Assembly: GCA_034780895.1 (NCBI GenBank)
Contig: JAUZTB010000063.1
Location: forward strand, 31,225,224-31,289,223
Length of the DNA: 64,000 nucleotides
Origin: Rhynchobatus australiae
Lineage: Eukaryota
Reading direction: 5' to 3'
Shown here: piece after piece, positions 9,597 to 20,975 of the stretch
How positions within the stretch are numbered: the first letter of the stretch is position 1
Layout: each line of letters starts with the position of its first letter
Translations under genes and position numbers: made by a program
The notes under the pieces: generated by a model
The model's database searches: none
Told to the model about the DNA's origin: nothing
Seen by the model: only the letters and a program-made list of their open reading frames with translations

Positions 9597-12424
9597 NNNN
9601 NNNNNNNNNNNNNNNNNNNNNNNNNNNNNNNNNNNNNNNNNNNNNNNNNNNNNNNNNNNNNNNNNNNNNNNNNNNNNNNNNNNNNNNNNNNNNNNNNNNN
9701 NNNNNNNNNNNNNNNNNNNNNNNNNNNNNNNNNNNNNNNNNNNNNNNNNNNNNNNNNNNNNNNNNNNNNNNNNNNNNNNNNNNNNNNNNNNNNNNNNNNN
9801 NNNNNNNNNNNNNNNNNNNNNNNNNNNNNNNNNNNNNNNNNNNNNNNNNNNNNNNNNNNNNNNNNNNNNNNNNNNNNNNNNNNNNNNNNNNNNNNNNNNN
9901 NNNNNNNNNNNNNNNNNNNNNNNNNNNNNNNNNNNNNNNNNNNNNNNNNNNNNNNNNNNNNNNNNNNNNNNNNNNNNNNNNNNNNNNNNNNNNNNNNNNN
10001 NNNNNNNNNNNNNNNNNNNNNNNNNNNNNNNNNNNNNNNNNNNNNNNNNNNNNNNNNNNNNNNNNNNNNNNNNNNNNNNNNNNNNNNNNNNNNNNNNNNN
10101 NNNNNNNNNNNNNNNNNNNNNNNNNNNNNNNNNNNNNNNNNNNNNNNNNNNNNNNNNNNNNNNNNNNNNNNNNNNNNNNNNNNNNNNNNNNNNNNNNNNN
10201 NNNNNNNNNNNNNNNNNNNNNNNNNNNNNNNNNNNNNNNNNNNNNNNNNNNNNNNNNNNNNNNNNNNNNNNNNNNNNNNNNNNNNNNNNNNNNNNNNNNN
10301 NNNNNNNNNNNNNNNNNNNNNNNNNNNNNNNNNNNNNNNNNNNNNNNNNNNNNNNNNNNNNNNNNNNNNNNNNNNNNNNNNNNNNNNNNNNNNNNNNNNN
10401 NNNNNNNNNNNNNNNNNNNNNNNNNNNNNNNNNNNNNNNTGAGTGAATTTTGCGTATTTTCTGACTTTTGGATAAAATTAACATGTACATCTGTAAAAAG
10501 AAAATAACCCATTCATTACCCAGGGACAGTCTGTCAGTGTCTTGGAAGAAGGCAGAAGGCTGGAAGGTGTGTGGAAAGCTTCTGCTGCTGGTGGAATATT
10601 TCTGGGCCACCCATGCAGCAGCAGGAGAAAGAGTGTGGATCCCTGCTGAGCTTTCTTGCCTTCCAACATTTTCATTGTTTCAATCACTAAGCACTGATGA
10701 ATCAACTTATTGATTGAGCACATGACTACAACAGGCTACACCTCCTGCACTTGTGGTTGTGTGCATTCATCAATAAACAATTAGCATTATTTCACTGCAG
10801 CCTTTATGATCTATTAAGGATTTTCTACACTTTCAAACAAATTATTCATTAACCAGCTCTTGGAAGTATTTTCATGCAATTTCCATTGCAATATGCCTGA
10901 CAATGAGAATAGATCATGAGTATTCTTCAAAGTGAGAGCTTGAATTAGAACCAGCTTTCATTATAATGGGCAACTGCTTAAAAGTTAATTATACATTACC
11001 TGTTGCGATTACTGTTAATATAGTCATCTGATGGAACACTGAACAGATAAACCTGATNNNNNNNNNNNNNNNNNNNNNNNNNNNNNNNNNNNNNNNNNNN
11101 NNNNNNNNNNNNNNNNNNNNNNNNNNNNNNNNNNNNNNNNNNNNNNNNNNNNNNNNNTGAGGAAAACATTTCACAGTTCTAAAGCAGCGTTTGCGTTAAT
11201 GAAAACACTTGCAATGCCAACACAGAGCTACAAGCATCAATATCAGTCAAAGAAAATATGTGCAAATCATACTTTTTGGTCAAGACTCCTGGAAAAATTA
11301 TAAACATCTTGACAGACAACCTTTCTAATACACACTAAAGACTGACATTCAAATTTCTTTTCATTATCATATTAAGGCCAGAGAAAGAGACTATTTTATT
11401 TAGAAACTCTTTACGATGGACCATCCGACAAAGAACATGCAGTTTCATACTTTCTTTGCTTTCATTTATTAAAAAACTGAGGGGAGAATGCAAGTTCCAA
11501 AGATGGACAGCTTTCCCCTAATTTTTGTTGCAAAATGAATAGGATCAGCAGATGGACAAGAATCTGCCTGACTGTGACTTGCCTTACAGGAGTACTCACT
11601 ATTTACGGACCAGGCAATTGGTTAGATTGCATGCTGTTGGGATCATGTTTTGAGTTTGGTTTCAATTATTACCATGCAGGCAATGATTCTCTACTTCTGA
11701 ATCTAAATTGATTTACCAGAAATGGATCAGAGCCAGGGTGTGGAACATTCACCATGTACTTAAGGATGCTCTGAGAAAATGTGATCTGAAAGCTCAGAGG
11801 GACAAATTTACATTTCCCTTTCATTGAACAGTCTGGATTCATCTGCCTTCAAAATTAGAATACTACCATCACCTTTCTGAAGGATACATTACATCAGTAA
11901 CCTGTGAAAATTGTTTCAGATAATTCAATACAGACTGATTTTAATTGTACTGTGTGTACCTGTCACTTCACAGGTATGATAGAGCTTCCTCCCAGAACAA
12001 AGTTAAAGTGATTGGAATGCCTACTGCCTCTGCCAGTGACAGTAGCATGCAGCAGAGCAACTTTCCACATCATCAATAAACTGCGCATCATTTGGAACTG
12101 AATTTTGGAAGCAGAGTTGGATGTGCATTTACTACTGGTAACCATAATGAAACTTCTTGTCACTAAAATATTTAAGGATAATAACCTTTATGCATTTGAA
12201 TGACAATCAACTTGCTTAAATGATTCACATTTCACTTGTCAGTGAAATTCCTCCACATTAGATTTGACTATTCACAGAGTCAAGGCCAATGAATCACAGT
12301 TGTAAGACCATTTGGGAAGAAAAGATTCACAACTTGACTCTCTTCCTTTTTCCAGTCTCTACTGCAAAAGCATTTGGAATGCAGTTTCTCTATAATTTCA
12401 CGTTCAGTAAATGACATCAAACAA

Positions 12425-15230
12425 GTTAACATAGAACAGTACAGCGCAGTACAAGCCTTTCAGCCCACGATGTTGTGTCAACCCATATAAACCTTATCCA
12501 CATTCTATATGTCCCTCTTTCTACTTCACCTCGTATCACCTTCTATTTTTCTTTTATCCATGTGCCTATCCAAGAGCCTCTTAAATGACCCTATTGTATC
12601 AGCCCCTACCCCCTCAACCCTGCCTCCCCAGCAGTGCTTTCCAGGCACCCACCACTCTCTGGGTAAAAAAATCCTACCTCTGACATCCACCTTGAACTTT
12701 CCTTCATAGACCTTAAATGGGTGACCTCCAGTATTGGCCATTGCTGCCCTGGAGTGCGGTCCACTCTATCTATGCCTCTCATAATCTTATATACCTCGAT
12801 CAAGTCTCCTCTCATGCTTTGTCTTTCCAAGGACAAAAGCCCTAACATGCTCAGCCTCTCCTCACAAGATGTGTTCTTCAATCCAGGCAGCATTCTTGTA
12901 AATCTCCCCTGCACCCTCTNNNNNNNNNNNNNNNNNNNNNNNNNNNNNNNNNNNNNNNNNNNNNNNNNNNNNNNNNNNNNNNNNNNNNNNNNNNNNNNNN
13001 NNNNNNNNNNNNNNNNNNNCAGTCTATTCTCATAAGACATGTTCTCTAATCCAGGCAGCATTCTGCACCCTCTCCAAAGCTTCCACATCCTTCCTATAAT
13101 GTGGCGACCAGAGCTGAACACAATATTCCAAGTGTGGACTAACCAGAGTCTTATAGAGCTGCAACATTACCTCTCTGCTCTTTAACTCAATCCCCCGGCT
13201 AATGAAGGCCAGCACACCCTATGCCTTCTTAACTACCCTATCAACTTGCATGGCAACTTTGAGGGATCTATGTACTCGAACCCCAAGATCTCTCTGTTCT
13301 TCCACACTGCTAAGAATCCTGTTATTAACCATGTACTTTGCCTTTAAGTTGGATTTTCTAAAGTGTATCACTTCACACTTCTCTGGATTGAACTCCAACT
13401 GCCACTTCTCTGCCCAGCTCTGCATCCTGTCCAAATCTTGTTGCAGCCTACAACAACCTTCTGCACTATCTACTATGCCACCCACCTTCATGTCATTGGC
13501 AAACTTACCAACCCACCCTTCCAATTCTTTATCCATCTCATCTATAAAAAAAAATCACAAAGAGCAGGGGTCCCAGAATAGATCCCTGCGGAACACTACT
13601 AGTCACTGACCTCTGGGTCGAATTATTCCCTTTAACAACTACCCTCTGCCTTTTGTGGGCAAACTAATTCTGAACCCGCTCAGCCAATTTCCCATGGATC
13701 CCATACCTCATGACTTTCTGGATGAGCCTACCATGGGGAACCTTGTCAAGTGCCTTGCTAAAATCCATATACATCACATCCACCTTCATCAAACTACCTT
13801 GTCACTTCCTTGAAAAACTCTATTAGTCTTGAAAGGCACAATCTACCCTTCACTAAGCCATGTTGACTATCCTTTATAAGACCATGTGTCTCCTAATACT
13901 CATAAATCTTGTCGCTAAGTATCCTCTCCAATAGCTTGCCCACCACTGACGTAAGACTAACTGGCCTATAATTCCCTTTTACCTTTCTTGAACAATGAAA
14001 CAACATTTGCCATCCTCCAATATCACTCCTGTGGCCAGGGCAGACTCAAAGATCATTGTTAACACTCTAGCAACCTCTTCTGCTTCCCATAGTACCCTGG
14101 GGTATATCCGATCTGACCCTGGGGACACATCTATCCTAATGCTTTTTAGTAGCTCCAACACCGCTTCTTTCTTAACCTCGATGTGCTCCAACACATTTGC
14201 CTGTCCTATGCTAACCTCCCCTAGGTGAACACTGAAGCAAAGTATTCATTTAGGACCTCCCCTATCTCCTTCACCTCCAGACACATTTTATCCCCTATTC
14301 CCTGAGCAGTCCTACCCTCACCCTCATCATCCTCTTGTTCCTCACATAGGTGTAGAATGCCTCAGGGTTTTCCTTAACTCTACTCGCCAAGGCCTTCTAG
14401 CTCTCCTAAATGCCCCCTTCTAGCTCTCCTAAATCCCTTCTTAAGGTGCTTCATGGCTACCTTATAACTCTCAAGAGCAATGAATGATTTTTGCATCCTT
14501 CTTCCTCTTGACGAAACCTTCCACCTCTTGTTAATCATCCTACCATCATTTCCTTGGCTCAGTGGGACAAACTTATCTAGAAACCCATGTAAGTGTTCCC
14601 TAAACAATCTCCACATTTCTGCAGTGCATTTACCAGAGAACATCTGTTCCCAATTTACACTACCAAGTTTCTGCTGAATACCATCATAATTTGCTCTCCC
14701 CCAATTAAATACTTACCCATAACGTCTGCTCCTATCTTTGTCCATGGCTATGCTAAAGGGCAAGGAGTTGTGGTCACTATCCCCGGAATACTCGTCCATC
14801 AAGAGGTCTGTCACCTGACCAGTTCATTGCCTAGTACCAGATCCAGCATGGCCTCTCACAGTATGTTGGTCTGTCCACATATTGTGTCAAGAATCCTTTC
14901 TGTACACACCTAACAAATTCTGCCCCATCTAAACCTTTTGCCCTGAGGAGGTGCCAATCAATATTAGGGAAGCTGAAGTCATCCATGACAACAACCCTGT
15001 TAATTTTGCACCTTTCTACTATTCTCCTCCTCAGTGTCCTGGTGGCTGTTTGGGGGCCTATAGACTCCTCCCAATAAAGTGATTACTCTCTTCCTGTTTC
15101 TGACTTGCACCCACACTGACTCAACAGACAGTCCCTTTCTGATGTCCTCCCTTCCTGCAGCTGTGATACTACCCTGATTAGCGAGGCCACCCCGCCCCCA
15201 ACCACCTCCCTCCCTATCTCTTTTGGAACG
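12425..15230 (-). mobile_element. CR1 (HER1-like) LINE, near-complete degenerate ORF2 (APE endonuclease and RT) plus 3' tail
   Basis: ORF fragments in order: KRDREGG..ESVWVQVRNRK..GGVYRPPNS (APE), SPGSDRIYPRVLWEA, WVGKFANDMKVGGIV (FADD motif), KWQLEFNPEKCEVIHF, LYKTLVSPHLEYCVQLWSPHYRKD, RGDLIEVYKIMRG; 3' tail ctgtactgttctatgtt at ~12430. Confidence 0.95.
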
Positions 15231-15329
15231 TCTTATATTTCCTCTGAAATTACCTAGCAGGTTGCTCAGTTGTACTATACCATATCGATAAATCATTAGT
15301 AAGGATGAAACTTGTCAAAATCTTGTTAT

Positions 15330-16630
15330 TGACAATGGGACCAGATTCAGACTTGTAAAAGGCACATCAAACTTCATACATTTTTGAATGTGCATTTTCT
15401 CATTATCTAAGTGATATCATTACACAAACATATGCACAGCATGGACTTCTGTACAAAACTTTCAGCCAATATCTCAGACTCCACATGAGTATGTCCTGCC
15501 CCAATAGCAGGGCAGTTCCATCATAGGTGACGGAATAGTAGTACACGTTGAGGGTGAACACCCTGAGATTCCTCAACATTAACTCTGAGCCTATGTTGTC
15601 TCAGGCCATCAGGTAAAGATGGACAAGGAAACCATCTGCAAATCACAATCTATAGCACTCCATCAAGAACCTGCACTCCTGTTGAATAGCATTTGGATGA
15701 AGCACTCAGGGTAGCAAGCTCACAGCCTGTGACTGTTCAGTGTCCATCACCAATGATGACTCTGTAGTTTAACCACTGACAGACCTGGCCTATTCCCAAG
15801 GAATGAAACTAGCAGACAAGGGAGGTCATAAGAAAATCATCTCAAAGTTAAAAAAATTGATTTTGTCCTCATTGATTTACCTGAAGCTAATGCATCTGTG
15901 CATGACAGTTTTAAAATAAGTGACCTCAACAGTTCTGGTCCATCAAACCTTGCTCAAGACATCATTTACTGTGCTGTGTGATTTGGTCACAGTGATAGTT
16001 TCAGAACTATCAGAACAGCTAAAATCTGTGCCTCCAAACAACTCTATGGGCCATCAGCAGCAACAGAGCTGTATTCCACCAATNNNNNNNNNNNNNNNNN
16101 NNNNNNNNNNNCTAATGATACCATTACTATCCAGCCAGAGGACCCACCCTTGTGCAATGAGTTCAGAAGAACATGCGAGAAGTAGCACCAAATACATGTA
16201 AAAAAAATGAGGGACCAACTTAATGAAGTTTCACAAGATTATCTGGATGCTAAATAGCTGAAATATCACTCTATTGCTAAATCAATGGATCAGATCTAAA
16301 CACTGCAGCCTTGCTGCATACACCCATGAATGATGGTGAACAATTAAACAACCAACAGGAGGATGAGGCTCTTTGGATATCCCCATCCTCATGGTGGAAT
16401 GTAACAGTGAAGTGCAAAAGGCTGTAGCAATTGCTATCACTTTTAGCTAGGACTGCCTGGTGGATGGTCCATCTAACATTCTGCCTGAAGTAAAAAAAAC
16501 ATACTTGGGTAACTTGATTCAATCTATGTGTTATCAGAAAATGCTGAGTGCATTTAATACAGAAAAGATTTTGGGCCAATAAGAACTCAAGTATTGTGAA
16601 GTAGATATGCTCTGGAATTGGTCATGTCTT
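15330..16630 (+). mobile_element. Non-LTR retrotransposon (same CR1/Zenon-like family as 6340-6930), decayed endonuclease-to-RT segment
   Basis: APE-like DNA gagtatgtcctgcccc..ctcaacattaactctgagcc..catcaggtaaagatggacaaggaaacc; later tggtgaacaattaaacaaccaacaggagga and atccccatcctc typical of this family. Confidence 0.6.
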
Positions 16631-16649
16631 CAACCATTAAAGTGCACAC

Positions 16650-17890
16650 TGGGCCTTCTGGAATTGAGAATGGGGATCTTCTCGAAGCCGACTCCTTCCA
16701 TTAATTGTTCAATTGTCCACTATTATTGACAACTAGTTGCACTAGGACTCAGAACTTTGATCTGGTCATTTGGCTGAGAGATTACTTGGCTCTGTCTATT
16801 CTATGTTGATTTTGCTGTTAAGCATGCATGTAACAGTGTGCTTGTCCTGTGTCACAGATTCACTAAGCTGGCACATCATTTTTGGGTGTGCCAGGTGCTG
16901 CTCCTGACATGGTCTTCTGCACTCCTCAGTAAACCAGAATTGATACTCTGGATTGGTAGTGGTGGTAGAGTGAGAGTTTTGTTGGGCCATAAGCTTACAG
17001 ATTGTGGTAGTTCACATTTTTGCTGTTGCCCAGTGCCACATCGCTGCCCAGCTTTAAACTGCTGATCTGTTGATTCATTCCATTCGGCAAATATGTAGTG
17101 CCACACAAGATGATGGAAAGTGTCCTGGTACAAAGACAGGACTTTGCCTCCTTAAGTACTGTGGTGGTTACTTCTACCAATGACATCATGTACAGTTGTC
17201 CCTGCAGTAGGTAGATTGGTGAGGATGAGATTGTCCACATTCTCATGTTAATTCACTCACTCCGGCAGCTATGTTCTTCAAGACTTAGCCAGTGGTAGTG
17301 CAACCAGGCCACTTTCAGTGATCAATGCTCAAGTCCCTCATCCAGGCTACATTCTGTGATTTTGTTCTGCTATGTGTTGCTCAACATGGCAGAGCACTGA
17401 TTCATCAACTAAGCTAAGGCTACAGATGGCAATCTGGAGGAGGTTTCCTTGCCCATGTCTGATATGATGCCATGAGCGATCATGGGGTCTGAAGTCAAAA
17501 CTGAGTCATTCCAAGTTTGGTCCTTCGTTCCTGTACTCCACCGTATTCCTATCACTGGTGGGTCTGTGCTCACNNNNNNNNNNNNNNNNNNNNNNNNNNN
17601 NNNNNNNNNNNNNNNNNNNNNNNNNNNNNNNNNNNNNNNNNNNNNNNNNNNNNNNNNNNNNNNNNNNNNNNNNGTGCTCACAATGGATAGAGGAACTCAT
17701 GGATTATTATGGAGGAGTCTGGCACATTGCCTGTAAAGTATTATCCTGGGAAAAGTATTATGTAAGGCTGTTGCTTGACTCATTTATGGTACAGCTCCTC
17801 CTATTTAAAACCAGTTCCTGGATGCTTGTGAGGAGGATTTTGCAAGTTTAGGTGGGCTGGATGTGATTTTGCTGTGATTGAATTTGCTAG
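16650..17890 (-). mobile_element. Second copy of the same CR1/Zenon-like LINE, opposite orientation
   Basis: ORFs 16796/16876/16995 (-): STTTTNPEYQFWFTEECRRPCQEQHLA, TFHHLVWHY..AEW; homologous to the 15.9-16.3 kb plus-strand segment. Confidence 0.65.
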
Positions 17891-18245
17891 CCCATTCACC
17901 TTTATTCTTTCTCAGTTTCAACAAAGTAGTAATGGTAAAATTGGTAATTGCTCATGTCAGATGGAACTTCAGAGTTAATTATGTTGGTGGAGCTAAAGTC
18001 ACAAGAAAGAAATAGATGCAGGAGTAGGTCTGCTCCATCATACCTGATTTTTTGTTTGATCATGTCTGCTTTTTTCACCTCAGTTCCACTTTTCTGCATT
18101 AACCCTGCCCCTATCCCTTGATAGCTCAGAATCTATTGATCTCTGTACCTATTGATATGGCCTCAACTGTTGTAAGTGTTGCAGGTGGGCATTTGTGAAA
18201 CAGAAATGAGTTTAAAACAATCCAATAGTTTGGTGATCTTCATTA

Positions 18246-18643
18246 CAGGTCCACCCTGGGTTACAAACACCTGACTGATGGACACCCTGTAGATATCAGC
18301 GAGCGTTTGGGAGACCAGCAGGATGGAAGGGGATGGATTTCCTGGCTGCTGCAGGGATCCTCTGCTGGGTAGACAGGGTTATTTGCTTGTGCCTTCCCTC
18401 CCGAGTACAACAATCGGGGGCTGGGTTAAGCCCAGCAGAGCTGGGAGNNNNNNNNNNCGCTGAGCAGGCTCACTCGCTCACTTACTGAGTCAGTGAGGCT
18501 GGCTGGTGGCCACTCTCTCATCACAGCCGTCTCGGTGATCCTCTCCCACACACTGTTGTTTCAATTTATTTCCAATTTATGAACAGATCGGGTAATGAAC
18601 AGTTCTCAAGAATGGACCCCTGTTGTAACCTGGGAACTGCCTG
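18246..18643. mobile_element. Tigger/pogo-like (Tc1-mariner superfamily) MITE
   Basis: Imperfect TIRs: ta|caggtccaccctgggttacaaac (18246) and gttgtaacctgggaactgcctg (ends 18643; revcomp caggcagttcccaggttacaac); TA on the left flank; GC-richer interior with no ORF. Confidence 0.6.
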
Positions 18644-18659
18644 CATGATCACTGGCTGA

Positions 18660-18865
18660 TAGAGTCAGAGTAATACAGCACGGGAACAAGCCCTTCAGCC
18701 CAACTCATCCATGCCAACCATGGCGCCCACCAAGCTAGTCCCATTTGCCTGCGTTTGGCCCACATCCCTCTAAACCCCTCCTATCTATGTACTTATCCAA
18801 ATATCTTTGAATGTTGTTATTGACCCTGCCTCAACCACTTCCCTGGCAGCTCATTCCATGTACAT
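18660..18865 (-). mobile_element. CR1/HER1-type LINE 3' end
   Basis: agagtcagagtaatacagcacgggaacaagcccttcagcccaac..catccctctaaacccctcctatc..cctgcctcaaccacttccctggcagctcattcca, the reverse complement of a CR1 3' terminus. Confidence 0.85.
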
Positions 18866-20024
18866 GTAGCTTTTCCATATAGCTTTTCTTTTTAAAGTTC
18901 CAAATTAATAATCATCAAGGTGATTTGAACTCAGGACTGTCTGTGTAGGCTTCTGATTACTTGTGTAGTAATTTAACTGTTGCAGCATTGGCCCCTTTCA
19001 TATCTCTTCCAGGATACCAAGAGTATAAATTGGCAACTTTTTGTGGTATGTTAAATTCATATATTTACATCAACTCTACAAATTCAGGTCATGGAATACA
19101 TTTCAGAGATATAATAAAATGTTGTTTTTAATGAAGTTGGCATCAGTGTTGCATTCTTTGGAAAGCAACGTTTAGAAGTCAGACATTGAGCCTTGTCTCG
19201 TATTTCTATAACACTTGCAAATAATGTTGAACACAGTTAATTTCATCCATGTTCTGACAGCAAACGTTGAGCCATTGCTTACAAATCATACAGACATTCT
19301 ATTAAACCACATGTATCAAACTAAAATCATATTGAATTAAGACTATTTACTAATATATATGTTATACAGTGATTTGTTCCTCCAAATCCATTGATAACTA
19401 TTTTATGAGATTGCTACCAAATACTGACAATCTTCATAGCAAACAAAAACATTTGCAACATTGCAAATGACATTCAAAACTCTTACTGTTTCTTCAATAT
19501 TGGTCAGCTCTTTGCTGCAGTGTCTGACATTTCATTTGATTTCTCATGCATATACAGTATTTTATTCCCCCCGAGGCTTCCATTCCAATGCACAAACACC
19601 CACAATCTCCGCTCCACTGCCCTGCTGTATGCACAATGATCCTAACTATTAGAATAAGGGTCACCAGAAAATGACAAAATGAAATGAGGCATCTGCCAAC
19701 GTAAATGGAGATGACTGGCAGTAGAGGGTTTCCACTATACTTTGGATGCTCTCTGGTACTGCAGGGAAAAAAAAAATCAATGCAAATTAATAATCCAAGA
19801 AACATTTTCCATGGCAGATTAGTATTGGCACAATGTTAATATCAAATGTAACACTCATTTCTTATTTTAAATAAGGATGAAGCAATTTCTTTTCGAAAGA
19901 GATATGATTCTTGTAACATCGTTCAGCATTTTCATATACTAAAACAAAAATGTTTTCAATTTTTTCCCTCAAATGTTCCTTCCCCAATATTTTTATTTGT
20001 AGCTAATTATATCTCACAGATTGT

Positions 20025-20258
20025 GTAGAGGCACTAGAACAGTGTATCCAGGTATAAATCAGCTTTAATAATTGATATACCACTATATCACCTTGTAAGA
20101 AACTGATACAATGTTGTATCCGATCACTGCTGATCAGTTGAGAGCTACTGCCTTCAGTAAATGATGTTCTCTTTTAGCTGTACCCCAGTTTGATTGTCTT
20201 TATTTACATCAACGTTAAAGATGTGTTCTCTGAGCTGAAGTATATAGAAAAGACAGCA
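20025..20258 (+). repeat. 5' LTR of the Gypsy element (boundaries approximate), followed by a PBS-like site
   Basis: ctttaataattgatatacca..ctgatacaatgttgtatcc..ctactgccttcagtaaatgatgtt..catcaacgttaaaga aligns with 23994-24180; followed by cagtgacgaagg (cf. TGGCGACGAGG). Confidence 0.65.
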
Positions 20259-20789
20259 GTGACGAAGGCAGGCAGTGGATGTGTTGGATATGTCAGGAAG
20301 TATAAATGGACTCAGCCATTTGTCCTACAGATGGAATGAGTGAAAATGTTCTGAAGGCTAATGATACTGTACACAGTAGAGTACTCAGAGCAAGGAAACA
20401 CAACAATGCACAAGAGGACTGTGAAATTGCTGCTGGCAATAAAGTTGGAGGTGCACAAAACCTTAGTGAATCTTTTGGTGCCACAAACTATTTCCTGAGA
20501 TATTGTACAAGGACATAGTGCAAACTATGAAGGGACATTTCAGTGTGACACATCAGAAACTTTTGAGAATAATAAGGTTGACAATGTACAATCAGGAACT
20601 GGAGGAAAACAATTGTCAGGGTATGGACACTAGCAAACAGGTATAATCTTCAGGTACTGAGAGATTGGTGTGCAGCCTGGCTGATGAGAAAATATATTAA
20701 ATATCTTTACATGAAGTGGTTCTAATTTTTGAGTATAGGGGAGTATGTACCAAGCTGCAGGAGAGTGTACATTAAAATGTACACCCTTC

Positions 20790-20975
20790 TGCAGCTTTCT
20801 CTGTAGCTGTGACACTCGACTCTGTACTGTTATTGTTTATACCTGTACTACATCAATGTACTCTGTACTAACCCAATGTAACTGTACTGTGTAATGAATT
20901 GATTTGTACAATCGGTATGCAAGACAGGTTTTTCACTGTACCTCAGTACAAGGGACAATAATAAACCAAAACCAA
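20790..20975 (+). mobile_element. Younger LINE 3' UTR tail inserted into Gypsy gag (clade uncertain, possibly Rex1/Babar-like)
   Basis: ctctgtagctgtgacact..ctgtgtaatgaattgatttgtacaatcggtatgcaagacaggtttttcactgtacctcagtacaagggacaataataaaccaaaacca; interrupts gag-like sequence. Confidence 0.55.

Noticed and set aside
10468-10723. GC-richer stretch with ORFs on both strands
   Set aside because: No recognisable product and only weak splice signals.
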